Notes under the pieces: generated by a model
The model's input: only the letters and a program-made list of their open reading frames with translations
What the model was told of the DNA's origin: nothing
Database searches by the model: none
Part shown: positions 13,098-29,810 of the stretch, in pieces
How the letters are laid out: the number at the start of each line of letters is the position of its first letter
How positions within the stretch are numbered: the first letter of the stretch is position 1
Assembly: GCF_009914755.1 (NCBI RefSeq)
Contig: NC_060930.1
Length of the DNA: 64,000 nt
From: the human T2T-CHM13v2.0 reference genome, Homo sapiens
Direction: 5' to 3' (one strand)
Program-made: the position numbers and the translations under genes

Positions 13098-16039
13098 GCC
13101 AGTTTCTATAAAATTCCAGGAAGAATCACATTACATTTAATCCAAGAATAAGTTAAAAGTTAACCAGGTTAATTATTATATATACCAATCATGAAACCTG
13201 AAAAAGTAGCCTATTAAAAAAGAAAAAACTAAAACAAATGGTTGAAAATTAGAATTCAGTTAAATTTATTTGCCAACTGAGATAAATCATATATAAGTTA
13301 ATAATTACTCTTTTGAAATAACTAGAATAAAATTTAAAAAAACACTTAAAGTGATATAAACTGACATAATTTTAACCTTGTTTAAAACTGAGACATCAGT
13401 CAAGTTCTCCTTTTCTTTCAGGGTCATCATTATGACCAAACATGAACTTTAAATATATATATATGGCTATATACAATAAGGTATAAATTAGCCTACAATC
13501 CATATTGTGAGATATATACTTTCATTAGTATAGTTTACTTAAATGTCATTTGTTCTTATTTATAAAATGGAGGCAAAGCCCTGTATATTCTGAATCTATC
13601 TAAACTTTAACATTTAAGATTTTAAGGTTTAGTTATAAGTTTATTGCAGATACTATGCTAATATGTGGAACAGATACTGATGAACTGATATGTGTTGTCT
13701 TAAGACAACATCATCACTCTATTATAATTTATTTCACCTAAAATGTCCCTTCTTTGAGAATGTCCCTTCTTTGAGATAAGCATGTTAATTCATCTCTTAA
13801 ACTCATTTTTAAAAATAGGTTTAAGTTAACTTTGAGAATATAATTCTTGAATAATAACACTACTTTCATAAATTATACATAGGCATGGGCATATGCAGAA
13901 TAACTTAACTATTAGAAAACATCAATTAAAAAATTCAATAGACTTTTCTTAAGAAGTAGTTATGAGTAAAAAAATGAGGAAAATTCTGCATGGGATTTCA
14001 AAGCTGCAGTAGCCGCCCTCACCACATATATATTTGCACCTATGCTCATTTATATGAAGGAAGCAGAGAGAAGGACAGGATTCATTTCCCATTCTTACAT
14101 TCAAGGTATAAAAGTGAAACCAATGATTACTAACCAATTGAAAAATTATGAAAGAAAGAACATACATATGCACAGAAGAATATTGAGCATAGGGTTGTTC
14201 TAATAAAGTAGGTTGTGGTGATAGTGTTTTTTTTTCCTCTTTTATGTTGAAACCATGTAATTGCCAATGCAAAATGGAAAACTGGCAATAAAAGCATCCA
14301 TTTACATGAGAAATTGCTCAGTGCCCTCACACATACTGCTTTTCGTGCACAATACAAAATAGTTCCATTTTCAGTGGAACATATGCTAAATGTTTAAGCT
14401 CAAAGATGATTTAGACAAAATGGAAAAGATTTTTTAAACATTTATTTTACACTTTACGGGATTCATTTAGATTGGCAGATGTTCTAAGATCCAAAGAAAA
14501 GTAACTTAACTAGCTAGTGCAAATGACAATGTTTGAGAAGACAGCAAGAGGGAGAAAAAAAATCTGTCACCTTGTGGCATTCAATATCAGAAAGCATATA
14601 AATAAGTAGATAAGTAATAAATACATAAATAAAAATACAGAGGAAATCTAATAGTTAAAATACCGAAGGACTTTCAAATTATTGTAGGTACCTGCAGCAA
14701 ATGATGTATTGATTTTGCTGTTAAACTGCACAGCTGTAACCAACACATTAGACATGGAAGATAAAAGCAATGACTAAAAGCACCTTATTTCATCTGTCAC
14801 ACCTGAGGCACTGCCTTCTTCAGACCTTTAGTGTATTAGCACAGAAAATCAATTAGGTAAAGAACTAAACAAATGAAGGGAAAATAAAAAAGGCCTCATT
14901 CACAAAGTGTCAGAGATGTCAACAAGCTCAGGAGACTTCAGTAAACTATGTGATATCTCCAAATAAACCATAACTACTTTTTCTGAACTTTTAAAAGTCA
15001 GAAATTATGTATTGCATAATCCTCTAAGCCTATTTTGGAAGGTCCTCAGCCATTAAACAACACATGATAACGCAAAATTGCTTATGGACAAAAATGATCC
15101 ATCTATAAAGTACACATCACAGTATGTTGTTTGCTTAAAGTTTGGTATACACAAATCTATTAAATAAGAAATATTCTGTGTCATGTAAGACCAAAGAAAC
15201 CCAATGTTGCTATTTTCCTAATAGACTGTCAACATGATTATGCATAGGGATTCTTACACAAAGCCCCTTGGTACTTAAAATTTGTATTACCAGTACTGTG
15301 TTTCTATAGGGCCCCCAAATTTGGAGTGCAACTTAAGCGATTAATCTTCTCAGCCATTGAAATAATCATTTTTATCACAACAGTCAAATGATTCCTTTTG
15401 TAAGTAGACAAAGCACTGAGTATCAAATCAGCCTTAGGGATTCTGCTAGATTAAAGTGCCATGATATTAATCTTTCTTTCAGGGACTTATTATTTCCTAC
15501 TAAGAAAATCAAACTACTTCTTGAGAGGAGGTCTTATAAATTATCAGAAGGAATGTATAAAAGCCACATTTGGACACTAAAATTTAGTTTTATGGCCAAT
15601 GCTTATCCATTTTCTTGCAACTTCACCAAATATTAAAACTATTTCTTCTTCATATCATTATTTCTTATACTACTAGTACATAGTTCATCTTACCAATTTT
15701 CAAGTCACTGCTTCTTCACCTCATTTACCCATAGCTGTTAATCTCATACTTCTTCTTTATTCATATTCATTTTCTCCTTTTTAAAAGCATTGTGGAATTC
15801 CACACACAGAGCTCCATAAGCTTTAGCTCTATCCTGACCAAATTCTCAGTTAATCACCTTTTGCATTTGCTTGTGACCACTATCTTCTCATATTAATTAC
15901 TGATGTCCAGATATCATGACCTCTCCCATAAAGACCTGATTTTCCCACTTTCCTTACTGGTTTGCTTCTCATTCCTCAGGGTCAATACCAACCAGTAACT
16001 CTCTACACCCTGCTTTGTCACCTGAGCTTCAAATTAACA

Positions 16040-16225
16040 AATATTCACTGCGGGTCTGTTATGTCTCAGACACTGTGTTGTCGCATTTATATGTGTTAAA
16101 ACATACATAATTTAGTCATTTGAGTCTCATAACTATCTCGCAACATATTCGTTCAATTTCACAGATGAAAAAACAAACATGGAAAAGGTAAGAAACTAGC
16201 CAATTATCGTAACTTCATTTAGTTA
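16040..16225 (-). mobile_element. MIR
   Basis: Core tttcacagatgaaaaaacaaacatggaaaaggtaagaaactagccaa, with a flanking cagacactgtgttg...catttat block. Confidence 0.6.
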
Positions 16226-16900
16226 TACCGACACTCATTAAAGTCTTGCTCTTTGTGACCTTCTCCTAAAAAATGGCTCTAGATTTCCTTCTTTGTACAT
16301 AATAATTCATCAGATCAGCTCTTTGCCATCTCAGATTTATATGAAGCCCCAAGAAGAAGAAATAGAGGTCCATGTTCAAAATTTCCAATGTGCCATCAAT
16401 CAAAATTTCCACATGCCATTCGCATTAGTAGACATGTGGAAGGATGATTGTGACCTTTGGGAATAAGTTTGATGAGAGAGAGAGGGAAAGATAGGGAGAA
16501 AGAAGCATGAAACATAAAAACATGAGATTAAAGAGGAAACCAAAAGAGGAAAATATGTAACATATCCTAAAAATCAGCCTGGGTTGGTGCTCCAGAAACC
16601 ACCATAAAGGAAGTGTGTATTAACAAAGCATAGGATTCAGAAAGCAAGTCTAACCCACTTCACAATTTCCTTAAGATAAAATGTTCTTTTTATCCAAAAG
16701 TTTTATATGGAAATGCTACTTTCAATAGAGAAAACCACCGGAGCAGAACTCAATCCTTTATCAATGATCACGATATGAATTTGAGTATATTATGTAAAGA
16801 CAAATTTTCAAAGATCAAAACAAATGTTGAATAATACATACTTTCAAATAACCTGTTGAGAAAATGCTGAGGGTTCTTTAAATAAAAATTTAAAGTTTTT

Positions 16901-19900
16901 GGAGAGAGGTGGAGCAAGATGGCAAAAAGGAAAGTTCCACTGATTGTCTCCCCTCCCCACAAGGACACCAAGTTAATAACTATTACACAGAAGAAAACAA
17001 AACACATTCATAAGAACCAAAAATCAGGTGAGCACTCACAGTACCTGGTTTTAATTTCATATCACTGAAAGAGGCACTGATGAGATAGAAAAGACAACCC
17101 TGAATCACTGACACCACCCCTACTCTATCCCTGGCAGTGCTGTCCTGTTAGAGCAGAAAGGAAAACCATACCAAACTCAGCTGATGCCTGCCCACAGAGG
17201 GAACATTTAAACCAGTCCTAATCAGAGGGGAATTGCCAATTCCAGTGGTCTGAACTTGAGTGCCCACAAACCACACCACTGAAAGCCAAAGTACTCTCCA
17301 TCTCTAAGTAAACTTAAATGACAGTCTAGACCATAAGGACTGCAACTCTCATAGGCGAGTTCTAGGGCTGAACTAGGCACAGAGACAGTTGACTGCTGAG
17401 GTGGGTTGGAGTCATGTGACCTACTGAAACACCAGCTGGGGCAGCCAAGGGAGTTCTGGCATCACCCCTCCCCTAAACCCAGGTTGCACAGCTCAAGGCT
17501 CCAAAAGACAACCCTTCCTTCCACATGAGGAGAAGAAAGAGTAGGAAGGAATTTGTCTTGCATCTAGGATGCCAGCCCAGCCACAGTAGGATAGGGTACC
17601 AGTCAAAGTCATGAGGCCCCCATTCCAGGTCCCATTCCAGGTGATATTTCTAGACACACCCTGGGCCAGAAGGGTAGCTGCTGACTTGAAAGAAAGGACC
17701 GAGTGTGTCAGCATTTATTACCTGCTAACTGAAAAGCCCTTGGGCCCTGAATAACCAGCAGCAATATCCAGGTATACATCAAGGCCCTTGAGACTTGCTG
17801 GCTTCAGGTGAGACTCAGCACATTACCAGCTGTGGTAGTTATGGGGCAAAACTCTTGCTTGAGGAAAGCAAAGGTAAAAGTAAAAGAGAACTTTGTCTTG
17901 TACCTTAGGTACCAGCATCGCCGCAGGGTGGTAGAGCACTGAGCAGGCTCTTGGGGTCCCTGATTCCAGGACTTGACTCTTCAGTGGCATTTCTGGACCT
18001 TTCCTGAGCCAGAGGAGCACCCAATGACCTGAAAGGTGAGTCCCAGCCCAGGCAGCATTCACCATAATCTGACTGAACAGACCATGGTCCTTAATGGAAT
18101 ATTGGTAGTGGCCTGGCAGTACTTCTTGTGGCCAGGAGTGGCAGTGGCTACAAAGTGAGACTTCTCTGCCTTTGAAAAGGGGAGGGAAGAGTGGGAAGAA
18201 CTGAATCTTGTGGTTTGAGTTTCAGCTCAGCTGCAATACAATAGAATACTAGGAAGACTTCTAAGTTTTTTTTACTCTAGTCTCTGACTTCCAGGTAGCA
18301 CTTCTGGAATGCCCTGGGGCCTGGGGGACCCTGTCAGCCTGAAGGGAAGGCTGGCAAGCTCTGCCACCTACTGATTGTAGAGCCCCGGAGCCTTAAGCAA
18401 ACATAGGCAGTAGCCAGGGAGTGGTTACAGCAAGCCTTGGGTGAGACATAGTGCTATGCTGGCTTTAGGTCTGACCCAGAGCAGTCATAGTGGTGGTGAG
18501 CACAGGGGTACTTGTGTCACTACACCTCCAGCCTTAGGTGGCTCTGAAAAGACAGAGAGACTCTGTATGTTTGAGAGAAAGGGAAGAGAACAAGACTCCC
18601 TACCTGGTAATCGAGAGAATTTCCCCCAGACCTTGTCCAAGATCATCAAGGTGGTACTTCTACAAGTCTGCAAGAACCACAGCATTACTAGGTATGGGAT
18701 GCCCCCTAAAACAGAAACAACTTAGATCACAACACCCAAGTCCTTTCAAATATCTGGAAAGCCTTCTCAAGATGGATGGCTACAAATAAGCCCAGGCAGT
18801 AAAGACTATGATAAATACCTAATTCTTCAATGCTCAGACACTAAAGAACATCTTCTAGAATCAACATAATCCAGGAAAACATGTCCTTACCAAATGAACT
18901 CAATAAAGCACCAGGGATCAATCCTGGAGAAACAGAGATATGTGAACTTTCAAATAGAGAATTCAAAATAACTGTGTTGATGAAATTCAAAGAAATTCAA
19001 GATAACAAAGAGAAGAAATTCAGAATTCTATCAGACAAATTTAACAAATCAGTAAATCAGTAAAAAGAATCAAGCAGAAATTCTGGAGCTGAAAACTGCA
19101 AATGGCATACTGAAGCATATATCAGGGTCCTTTAACAGCATAATGGATCAAGCAGAATAAATAATTAGTGAGCTTGAAGACAGCCTATTTTAAAATATGC
19201 ATTCAAATGAGACAGAAGAAAAAGCAATAAAAAATAATGAATAACACCTACAGGGTCTAGAAAATAGCCTCAAAATGGCAAATCTAAAACTTTATTTGCT
19301 GTAAAGAGGAGATAAAGAAAGAGATGGGGTAGAAAGCTTATTCAAAAGAATAGCAACGGAGATCTTCCCAAACCTAGAAGAAGATATCAATATCTAAGTA
19401 TAAGAATGTTAGAGAACACCAAGCCGATTTAACCCAAAAAATATCACCTCAAGGCATTTAATAATCAAACTCCCTAAAGTCAAGGATAAAATATCCTAGA
19501 AGCAGCAAGAGAAGAGAAACAACATACAATAAAGCTCCAATACACCGGCAGCAGACTTTTCAGTGGAAACCTTACAGGTCAAGAGAGAGTGGCATGACAT
19601 ATTTAAAGTCCTAAAGGAAAAAAAAAAATCTTTTACTCTAGAATAGTATATCTGGTGAAAATATCCTGCAAACATTGAGAAATAAAGACTTTCTCAGACA
19701 AACAAAAGCTAAGAGATTTCATTAATACTAGACTTGTCCTACGAAAAATGCTAAGGAGAGTAATTCAATGAGAAAAAAATAATATGAATGAGCAATAAAT
19801 AATCACCTGAAGGTACAAAATTCACTGTAATAGTGAGTAAACAGAAAAACACAGAATACTGTAACACTGTAACTGTGGTGTGTAAACTACTCATATCCTA

Positions 19901-22165
19901 AATAGAAAGACTAAACAATGAACCAATCAAAAACAATAACTGCAAAAACATTTCAGGAAAGAGTCTGTACAATAAAATACAAATAGAAACAGCAAGAAGT
20001 TAAAAAGTAGGGGGAAAATTTAAGGCAAGTTTCTATTAGTTTTCTTTTTGCTATTTTGTTTTTGAAAGTAGTGCTGTTATCAGGTAAAAATAATGGGTTG
20101 TAAGACAATACTTGCAAGTCTCCTGGTAACCTCAAACCAAAAAACATACAATGGATACACAAAACATAAAAAGCAAGAAACTAAATTATATCACCAGAGA
20201 AAATCAACTTCACAAGAGGAAAACAGAAATGAAAAAAAAAAAAAAAAAAAGAAGGAAGAGAAGACCACAAAGTAACCGGAAAACAAATAGCAAAATGGCT
20301 GGAATAAGTTATTTATCAGTAGTAACATTGAATGTCAGTGGACTAAACTATCCCATCAAAGAAAGAGAAAGAAAGAAAGAAAGAAAGAAACAAGGAAAGA
20401 AAGAAAGAAAGAATCTACAAGCCAATAAAACTGATGAATATTTATGCAAAAATCCTCACCAAAAACTAGCAAACTGCATTCAACAATACATTAGAAATAT
20501 CATATATCATGACCAAATAGAATTTATCCCAGGATGCAAGGGTGGTTCAACATATACAAATCAAAAAGAGATATTTCATGAAATCTGGATTTCTGGAATT
20601 CAGTGAAAAATGATATTCCATGCCAATGGAAACCAAGAAAGAGCAGAAATTACTATACTTAGACAAAATAAATTTCCAAATGAAAACTATAAGAAGGGAC
20701 AAGTAAAGTCATTATATAATGATAAAGTGGCCAATATCCTTTATTCTGTTGATACATCATATCGGAAGACCTGAAAAATGATGCTGGGAAAATTGAATAG
20801 CCATATACAAAAGAATAAAACTAGACCTCTAGCTCTACCATATACAAAAATAAAATCAAAATGGAATGAAGACCTGAAACTATGAAAATACTATAAGAAA
20901 ACACTGGGGACAATCTGCAGGACATTAATCTCTGCAAAGACTTTTTGAGCAATACCCCACAAGCACAGACAACCAAAGCAAACATGGAAAAATGGGATCA
21001 CATGAAGTTAAAAAGCTTCTGCACAGCAAAGGATACAGTCAACAAAGTGAAGAGACAATGTACAGAATGGGAGAAAATATTTGCAAGCTACCCATCTGAC
21101 AAGGACTTAATAACCAGAATATATAAGGAGCTCAAACAACCCTATAGAAAAAAAATCTAATAATCCAATCACAAATGGGCAAAATATTTGAATAAACATT
21201 TCTCAAAAGAAGACATGTAAATGGCAAACAGGCATATAAGAAGGTGCTCAACATCATTGATTATCAGAGAAATGCAAATCAAAACTACAGTGAAATATCA
21301 TCTCACCCCAGTTAAAATGGCTTATATCCAAAAGACAGGCAATAATAAATGCTGGCACAGATGTGAAGAAACGGGAACACTTGTGAACTGTTGGTGGAAG
21401 TGTAAGTTAGTACAACCACTATGGAGAATAGTGTGGAGGTTCTTTAAAAACTAAAAATTGAGATGCTGTCTGATCTAGCAACCCCAGTGCTGGGTATATA
21501 TCCCAAAAAGGGAATTCAGTATATCAAAAAGATACCAGCACAACTATGTTTGTTGCAGCAGTGTTTACAATAGCTAAGATGTGGAAGCAACCTAAACGCC
21601 CATCAACAGATGAATGGATAAATAAAATGTGGTACATAAACACAATGGAGTACTATTCAGCCATAAAAATGAATAAGATCCAGTTATTTGCAATAACATG
21701 GATAGAACTGAAGATCATTATCTTAAGTGAAATAAACCAGGCAAAGAAATACAAATATCACATGTTCTCACTTATTTGTGAGATGTACAAATCAAAACAA
21801 CTGAACTCATAGACATAGAGAGTAAAAGGATAATTACTAGAGGCTGGTAGGAGTAGTTGGGGGTTGGGTGGAAGGTGAGTATGATTAATGGATACAAAAA
21901 AATAGAAAGAATGAATAAAACCTACTATTTGATAGCACAATAAAGTGACTACAGTCAATAATAATTGTATATTTTAAAATAATGTAAAGAAAGTAATTGG
22001 ATTGTTTTGTAACTCAATAGATAAATGCTTGAGAGGATGAATACACCATTCTCCACAGTGCACTTATTTCACATTGCGTACCTTCATGAAAACATCTAAT
22101 GTATACAATAAATATATATACATACTATGTACCCACAAAAGTTTTAAAAATTAATTTAAAAAATT
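16901..22165 (+). mobile_element. L1MA1/L1MA2-like LINE-1 with intact ends and internally deleted, scrambled ORF2
   Basis: 5' end ggagcaagatggc; about 2-kb 5'UTR; broken ORF1 from about 18881; ORF2 ATG at 20295 (MAGISYLSVVTLNVSGLN); ORF2 C-terminus 20945-21812; L1MA 3'UTR ending tatgtacccacaaaa plus A-rich tail. Confidence 0.88.
20358..20413 (+). repeat. (GAAA)n microsatellite at an L1 rearrangement junction
   Basis: Directly visible tetranucleotide run. Confidence 0.9.
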
Positions 22166-23379
22166 TTTAAATTAGGCTTTTGAATTGTGGCATAGGAATA
22201 TTCTCTTTGGTGGGTTTCTAATAAATATTCAGTGACAAAATAAGGTCATTTTTAATACTTGCCTAATTTATAAAGTATTTTATAGACTCATATTGAAAGT
22301 AGGAATAATAAGCTTCTATGTCTTTTAGTGCCTGCATTTTATTATTATCAACTGCAGGATTCAAATATATGTCATGCACACAATGATTAACAGTCTATAT
22401 CCAGAAATTTAAAAAATTCTACAATTGATAATGCATGTTGTACACTATCACCTCAGAATGTGAAGACATTTTCTTTGTTAGTGGTAATACATGCATTCCT
22501 CTGAGCCTGAAAAGATCAGAACAAAATTCTAAGATTTCTGAGAATTTTGTAGACAATAAGTTAATATCCTACACTTTTGTAAAATTTCTCATGCAAGTAT
22601 CACTTAAGATTAAACATACTTGAGTACACCAAAAATGCATATCTTGGTGGTATCATTTTAGAACTTATTCAGAGAAGAAAGATCCATGTCAATTTCAGTT
22701 TTTTACCAGGTTTCCACTGCTAAATACATATAAACATCTTGATCCTGAAAGTGAATAATTCTGTTGTAACTGATATCCTCAGATCACCATGAGCAGCTTG
22801 CAATTTGACAAGGCAATTTAGAACAGCTCTAGGGGTCCCAGATGTTTAAAAAGTTCAGCTTTTACCAGAGTGAGTTGAATGCTATGGCTAACTACATTGT
22901 AGTCAGAATACAACAGAATGACTTTCTGAGTTACTTCAGATATTAGAGAGGAGACCTGCCTGATACCGGAAAGGCTCAATCAACATCAATTATTTTTCAT
23001 CAGTTAGTATCTTCAAAATGGCTCTTTTGAAAGGTAACCCTATTAGCTGGGAAGGTAATGCATTATTCCATTAGCTTGTAAGAAAAAATTGCTTAGCAAG
23101 GTCCTCAGGGAATGAACACCAATAAATAAGTTTTAATAAAGGGGGAAAATGAATATCAGAAGAAAATCTGGGCATGGATCTCGCCCAACCTAACAGTCCT
23201 AGGTAAATCACTCAAAAAAAAAAAAAAAAAAAAAAAACAGGCACTTTTGAGGAAGCAGAGGTAAAGATGGGGTCATGCCAAAGAATTCCCCATCCCCATA
23301 GTTTAATAGGGCACTACAGATATTAGGGGCACTCTTTATAGATCCAGCATGTATGTATTCACTCTCCTTTGCCTACACT

Positions 23380-23482
23380 TTTTCTGCTGTGAAATAGGGA
23401 TAGTAATAAAAGTTATATCATAGGTAGGGCTACAAAATCAAAGGTAATTCATCAATGTAATACATAAGATGCATTTAGAGCT
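23380..23482 (+). mobile_element. MIR fragment
   Basis: tttctgctgtgaaatagggatagtaata...atgcatttagagc resembles the MIR core and 3' part. Confidence 0.5.
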
Positions 23483-24289
23483 TTACCATAATATTAACAT
23501 TATGTTAACATATGGAGATTCATTAATATTACAGTGAAGTAGTTTGATATATTCTTCATCTTATATATGAAAAAGTATTATTTCTGTGCATTATTAGTAT
23601 TCCAATATGTAAACACTCTGAAAAATAAAAATAAAAATTATTTTGCATGGTTTTACTTTTGGCAGATTGATAAAGGTACTTAATTTCTTTTTCTTTAACC
23701 TGGTGAAGTATCTGAAGCCTTTCTTTCTCATGTCAGAAAATGAATTTCAAACAAATTATAAGCAACTAACCTCAATTTTCATTCCTAGCAAATGAACATA
23801 CCTTCAAATAATGTTACAGAATTTTTTTATACTTCTCCTAGATGATAGATAAATTCATAAGGCACTTCTCGTTACCAGGAAATGGGAGCTTTTTTACTGC
23901 TCCAATAAAGTAAGCATACACAACACTCTCTTAGAGACCAATAACCTCACTCACAATTTCATTTATCAGCTCCCTGTAGTCTACGAGCTTGTCTTTGAGG
24001 AGACTCTATCTGCATGAGGATTTCAGGACTAAATTTTCCTTTCAAATTTCACTGTCTAATAATAAAGTTCTGTGGACAGTTTCTCAATTACTTCTACTGC
24101 CTAGGGTCAGGCTACAGAAGCAAATGTAGATATCTATGCACTTCATTCCCAGTGGATCAAGGTGGTAATACCCAGTTTCATTTATACCTATTTTTACAAT
24201 TTTTGTGCAACAGCAATTTCCTCTAATTTTCAGACTAATGTGGATTTAATTTTCTTTTCTTTTCATTCCCTCCTTTCTTCCGTTGTATT

Positions 24290-24385
24290 TTTCCACCTTT
24301 TCCACTTCCCTCCCTCCCTCTCTTCTTTCCCTCCTTCATTCTCTCTTTCCTTATTTTTTCTTCTTTCCTTCCTTCCTTTCTTTCT
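24290..24385. repeat. CT-rich low-complexity tract
   Basis: Polypyrimidine run (ccctccctc...ttccttcc). Confidence 0.8.
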
Positions 24386-24869
24386 AGCAGTCAGGAAATA
24401 GGTATTAGTGTTTCTATTCCTGTATATTTTCCTTTCCTTTCAAGGAAGAGTCCTGGCTATGTGTTTAAAGTCCCTTATTTTATATGAATACAAAGAAAAT
24501 TGTATAGGAGAACATTCATACACAAAATTAACTACTCAATTAACTATAATAAAATTAGTTGAACATGAATCAGTTTTCCCTTTTGCCATGAAACTTAAAT
24601 ATCTCAAGATACATATTAATGATAATTGTAAGAAAATGCCACATTTATTTTATCTCCAGTGTGTTGATTATTGCCATCACAATTCAACTATCACCATAGT
24701 CATCAGCCACTCATATTTCAGTGTTTAAATCTAATATCCTATGACCTTTCTCATGCTCTCATGACAGTAGAATAAGTTCTTAGTTCTCACTAATATCTCT
24801 ATTAATTGCTTGCCATCTTATTTTCTCACTCCAAGGAAATGGAAAAATCTCTTTGAATCAAATGGACCT

Positions 24870-25065
24870 GTCACCTAGGGCTAGGGCACTTTTGAGTTAT
24901 AATACCTTAGCTAATTATGTAACTAATCTGAAACTCATTTTCACAGTCGGAGAAAAAAGGGATTTATGACATACAGTTTTGAATTTTGTCATAAACACTA
25001 AAGATAATATTAATTAAGCAACAGCATAGTGCCTAGCACCCAATAAATCATTTCAAATGTTATGA
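24870..25065 (+). mobile_element. MIR
   Basis: ccttagctaattatgtaactaatctgaaactcattttc...agcatagtgcctagcacccaataaatc. Confidence 0.6.
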
Positions 25066-25749
25066 AAAATCATTGTCATTATTATTGTTCATTTACATTG
25101 AATCGTTATTAATATTGTTGCATGTACCTAATTAAACATATACATTGTGTGTATGTCTATTTCTGGAGTCTCTATAGTGTTACATTGATCTATATTTACT
25201 CTTTTAACAATTCCACACTGCAGGGATTAGTGTCATTTTTATTAAGACATGAAATCAGATAGTGTGAGTCCACCAACTCTGTTGTTTTTAAAGACTGTTT
25301 ATTCTATCTAGTTTGCTTTTTATGTAGATTTTAGAATAAACGTTGATACGTTGATACGCATAAACTTCATGCTGGAATTTGTAGTGGGAATGTGTCGAAT
25401 CCACGAGACAATTTGAAGAATTCACATATTATCGAAATTAATCTTCTAATCAATGAAAACTATGTATATTTCCATCCAATTAGGTCTTCCATGATTTCTT
25501 TCATCAATGTTTTGTAGTTTTTAGGACACAAATCTTACATACACTTTGTTAGGTATAAATTAAAGTTCTTCATGTTTTTGATGCTATTGTAAATAGTACT
25601 TTTTATAAAATTTTAATTTACAGTTTTACATTGCTGTTATACGAGAATTCAACATATTTTTTCAATATCATCAAGACCTATTTATTAACATACTTATTAG
25701 TTCTGGTAGCTCATGAAAGACTCTTTGGAATGCACTACATAGAAAATCA

Positions 25750-27128
<1,379 letters not shown>

Positions 27129-27400
27129 AGAAAATTATATTCCCTGCAAATATAGAGCATTTTAATTATTCTATTCCAAATACAAGGCCTTTTGTTGTTT
27201 TTTCTTAACCTACTTGTGCTCCCTAAAATTTGAAAACAGTTACATTACAGTAGCACATGCAAACATATCTTCCTATCTCTGTTTTTAGAAAATATATGAG
27301 AAAGCATTCACTGTTTTATCATGAAGTATACTGTAATCTGTAGGGTGATTTTTGGTTTGGTTTGATTTGTTTGGCTTTTGATTTTGAGATTCTTGATGAT

Positions 27401-27452
27401 TGTGTGTGTGTGTGCGTGCACACGTGTGTGTGTGTGCATGTGAGTGTGTGTG
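27401..27452. repeat. (TG)n-type alternating purine-pyrimidine tract
   Basis: 42 nt of uninterrupted RY alternation at 27401-27442. Confidence 0.9.
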
Positions 27453-28879
27453 GCAAGTTCTCTTTAACAAGTTAGGAAGGAGTCTTCTATTCCAAGTGAT
27501 TTACCTCTACCTTCCCCCAACCAACACACACATACACATTTGTATATGTATGGCCTAGAGTCTATTGATAGGGTGAATTACATTGTTTTGATTTTTTAAA
27601 TGTGCCAATTTTGCATTACCAGGATATGGTCATGATACATTATCCTTTTCATATATAGAAGGGCTGTTTGTCTGATATATTGTTGAGGATATTTTTATCT
27701 ATGTTGCTGATGAATATTGAACTGCCATTCTTTTGTTCTCTTATCCTTATTTTCTTTCAATACAAATACAGCCTTACAAAATTTATTGACAACTATAGGA
27801 TGCTCTTTAATTTTCTGGAAGAGATGTTTGACAATTGGTATAGTTATTTTCTTAATTATTTGGAAAATTCACCGTAAAGGCTTCTCTGCCTAAAGTTTTA
27901 TTTGTTGAAAGCATTATTAAATAGATAGTACTAATGAGTTTATCAGTTTTTTAATCAAACTTTGGTAGTTTAGTATTTCAAGAAATTTGTTCATTTAAAT
28001 TACTGAATTTATTAATATAATATTCATAATATTCCCATAAGACATAGAGATGTCCTTCTGATATTATAAATTGATCTCTATTTTTTCCTAATCACTCTGC
28101 TAAGTGTCCTTATTTTTACCATTAATAAGCATTTAGTTTTCCTGAATTTTTTTGTATTTCTCTTTACAGTTCATTGATTTCTGGTTTTATCTTTATTACA
28201 TCTTTTTTCTATTTGATTTGAGTTCAAGTTGCTCCTCTTTTTCTCCTTTCTTAAAATGGAGACTTAGAGCATTGATTTGAGACTTTACTTTTTTCAGATA
28301 CAAGCAATTATATTTTCTCTCTAGCACTTCTTTAGCTATGCTGTCAAATTTTGATATATTTTGTTTTCCATTCAATTCAAAATATTACCAATTTATTTTG
28401 TTCTTTATATTTGCCCCATCAATTATTTGAACATTTGTTATAACATTTTTATAAGAGGATTATATATTTATAACATAAATATGTATATATAAATATAACA
28501 TAAATATAAGAGGATTTTGTGATATTATTCTCTTACATATTTTTGATTATTTTTATTATTGTTAAAGAACTTACCTCATATGGTTTGACTTCTTTTAAAT
28601 TAGTTGAAATTTACTTTGTAGTCCTACATACACATTTATCTTTGTAATACCTCATATTTTCTTGAAAAAGAAAAAAATGTATTTTGTTGTTCTTGGGTAG
28701 TGTGTCCTATAACTGTCAATTAGATCAGGTTGTTCGATACTATGTTTTAAGTCTATTTTTCCTACAGTTTTAAAATAATTACTGTAAAATAAGTCTGTAA
28801 GTCACAAATAACAACTTATCTTTTTTTCTTACAATGCTACTTGGAGCCAAAATAATGTATCATTTTGATTATTCCATAA

Positions 28880-29810
<931 letters not shown>

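Noticed and set aside
13400-13485. Strong plus-strand acceptor ttctccttttctttcAG near 13421
   Set aside because: Only a weak donor (GTATAA) follows and there is no convincing ORF.
13949-14357. 107-aa and 75-aa minus-strand ORFs in unique DNA
   Set aside because: Non-ATG starts, AT-biased composition and no recognisable domain; lengths are compatible with chance.
17619-17642. 12-bp tandem duplication cccattccaggt (and an 8-bp one near 25341)
   Set aside because: Ordinary slippage within decayed L1 sequence.
20151-20606. 151-aa Lys/Arg-rich ORF
   Set aside because: Produced by A-runs and (GAAA)n joining L1 fragments.
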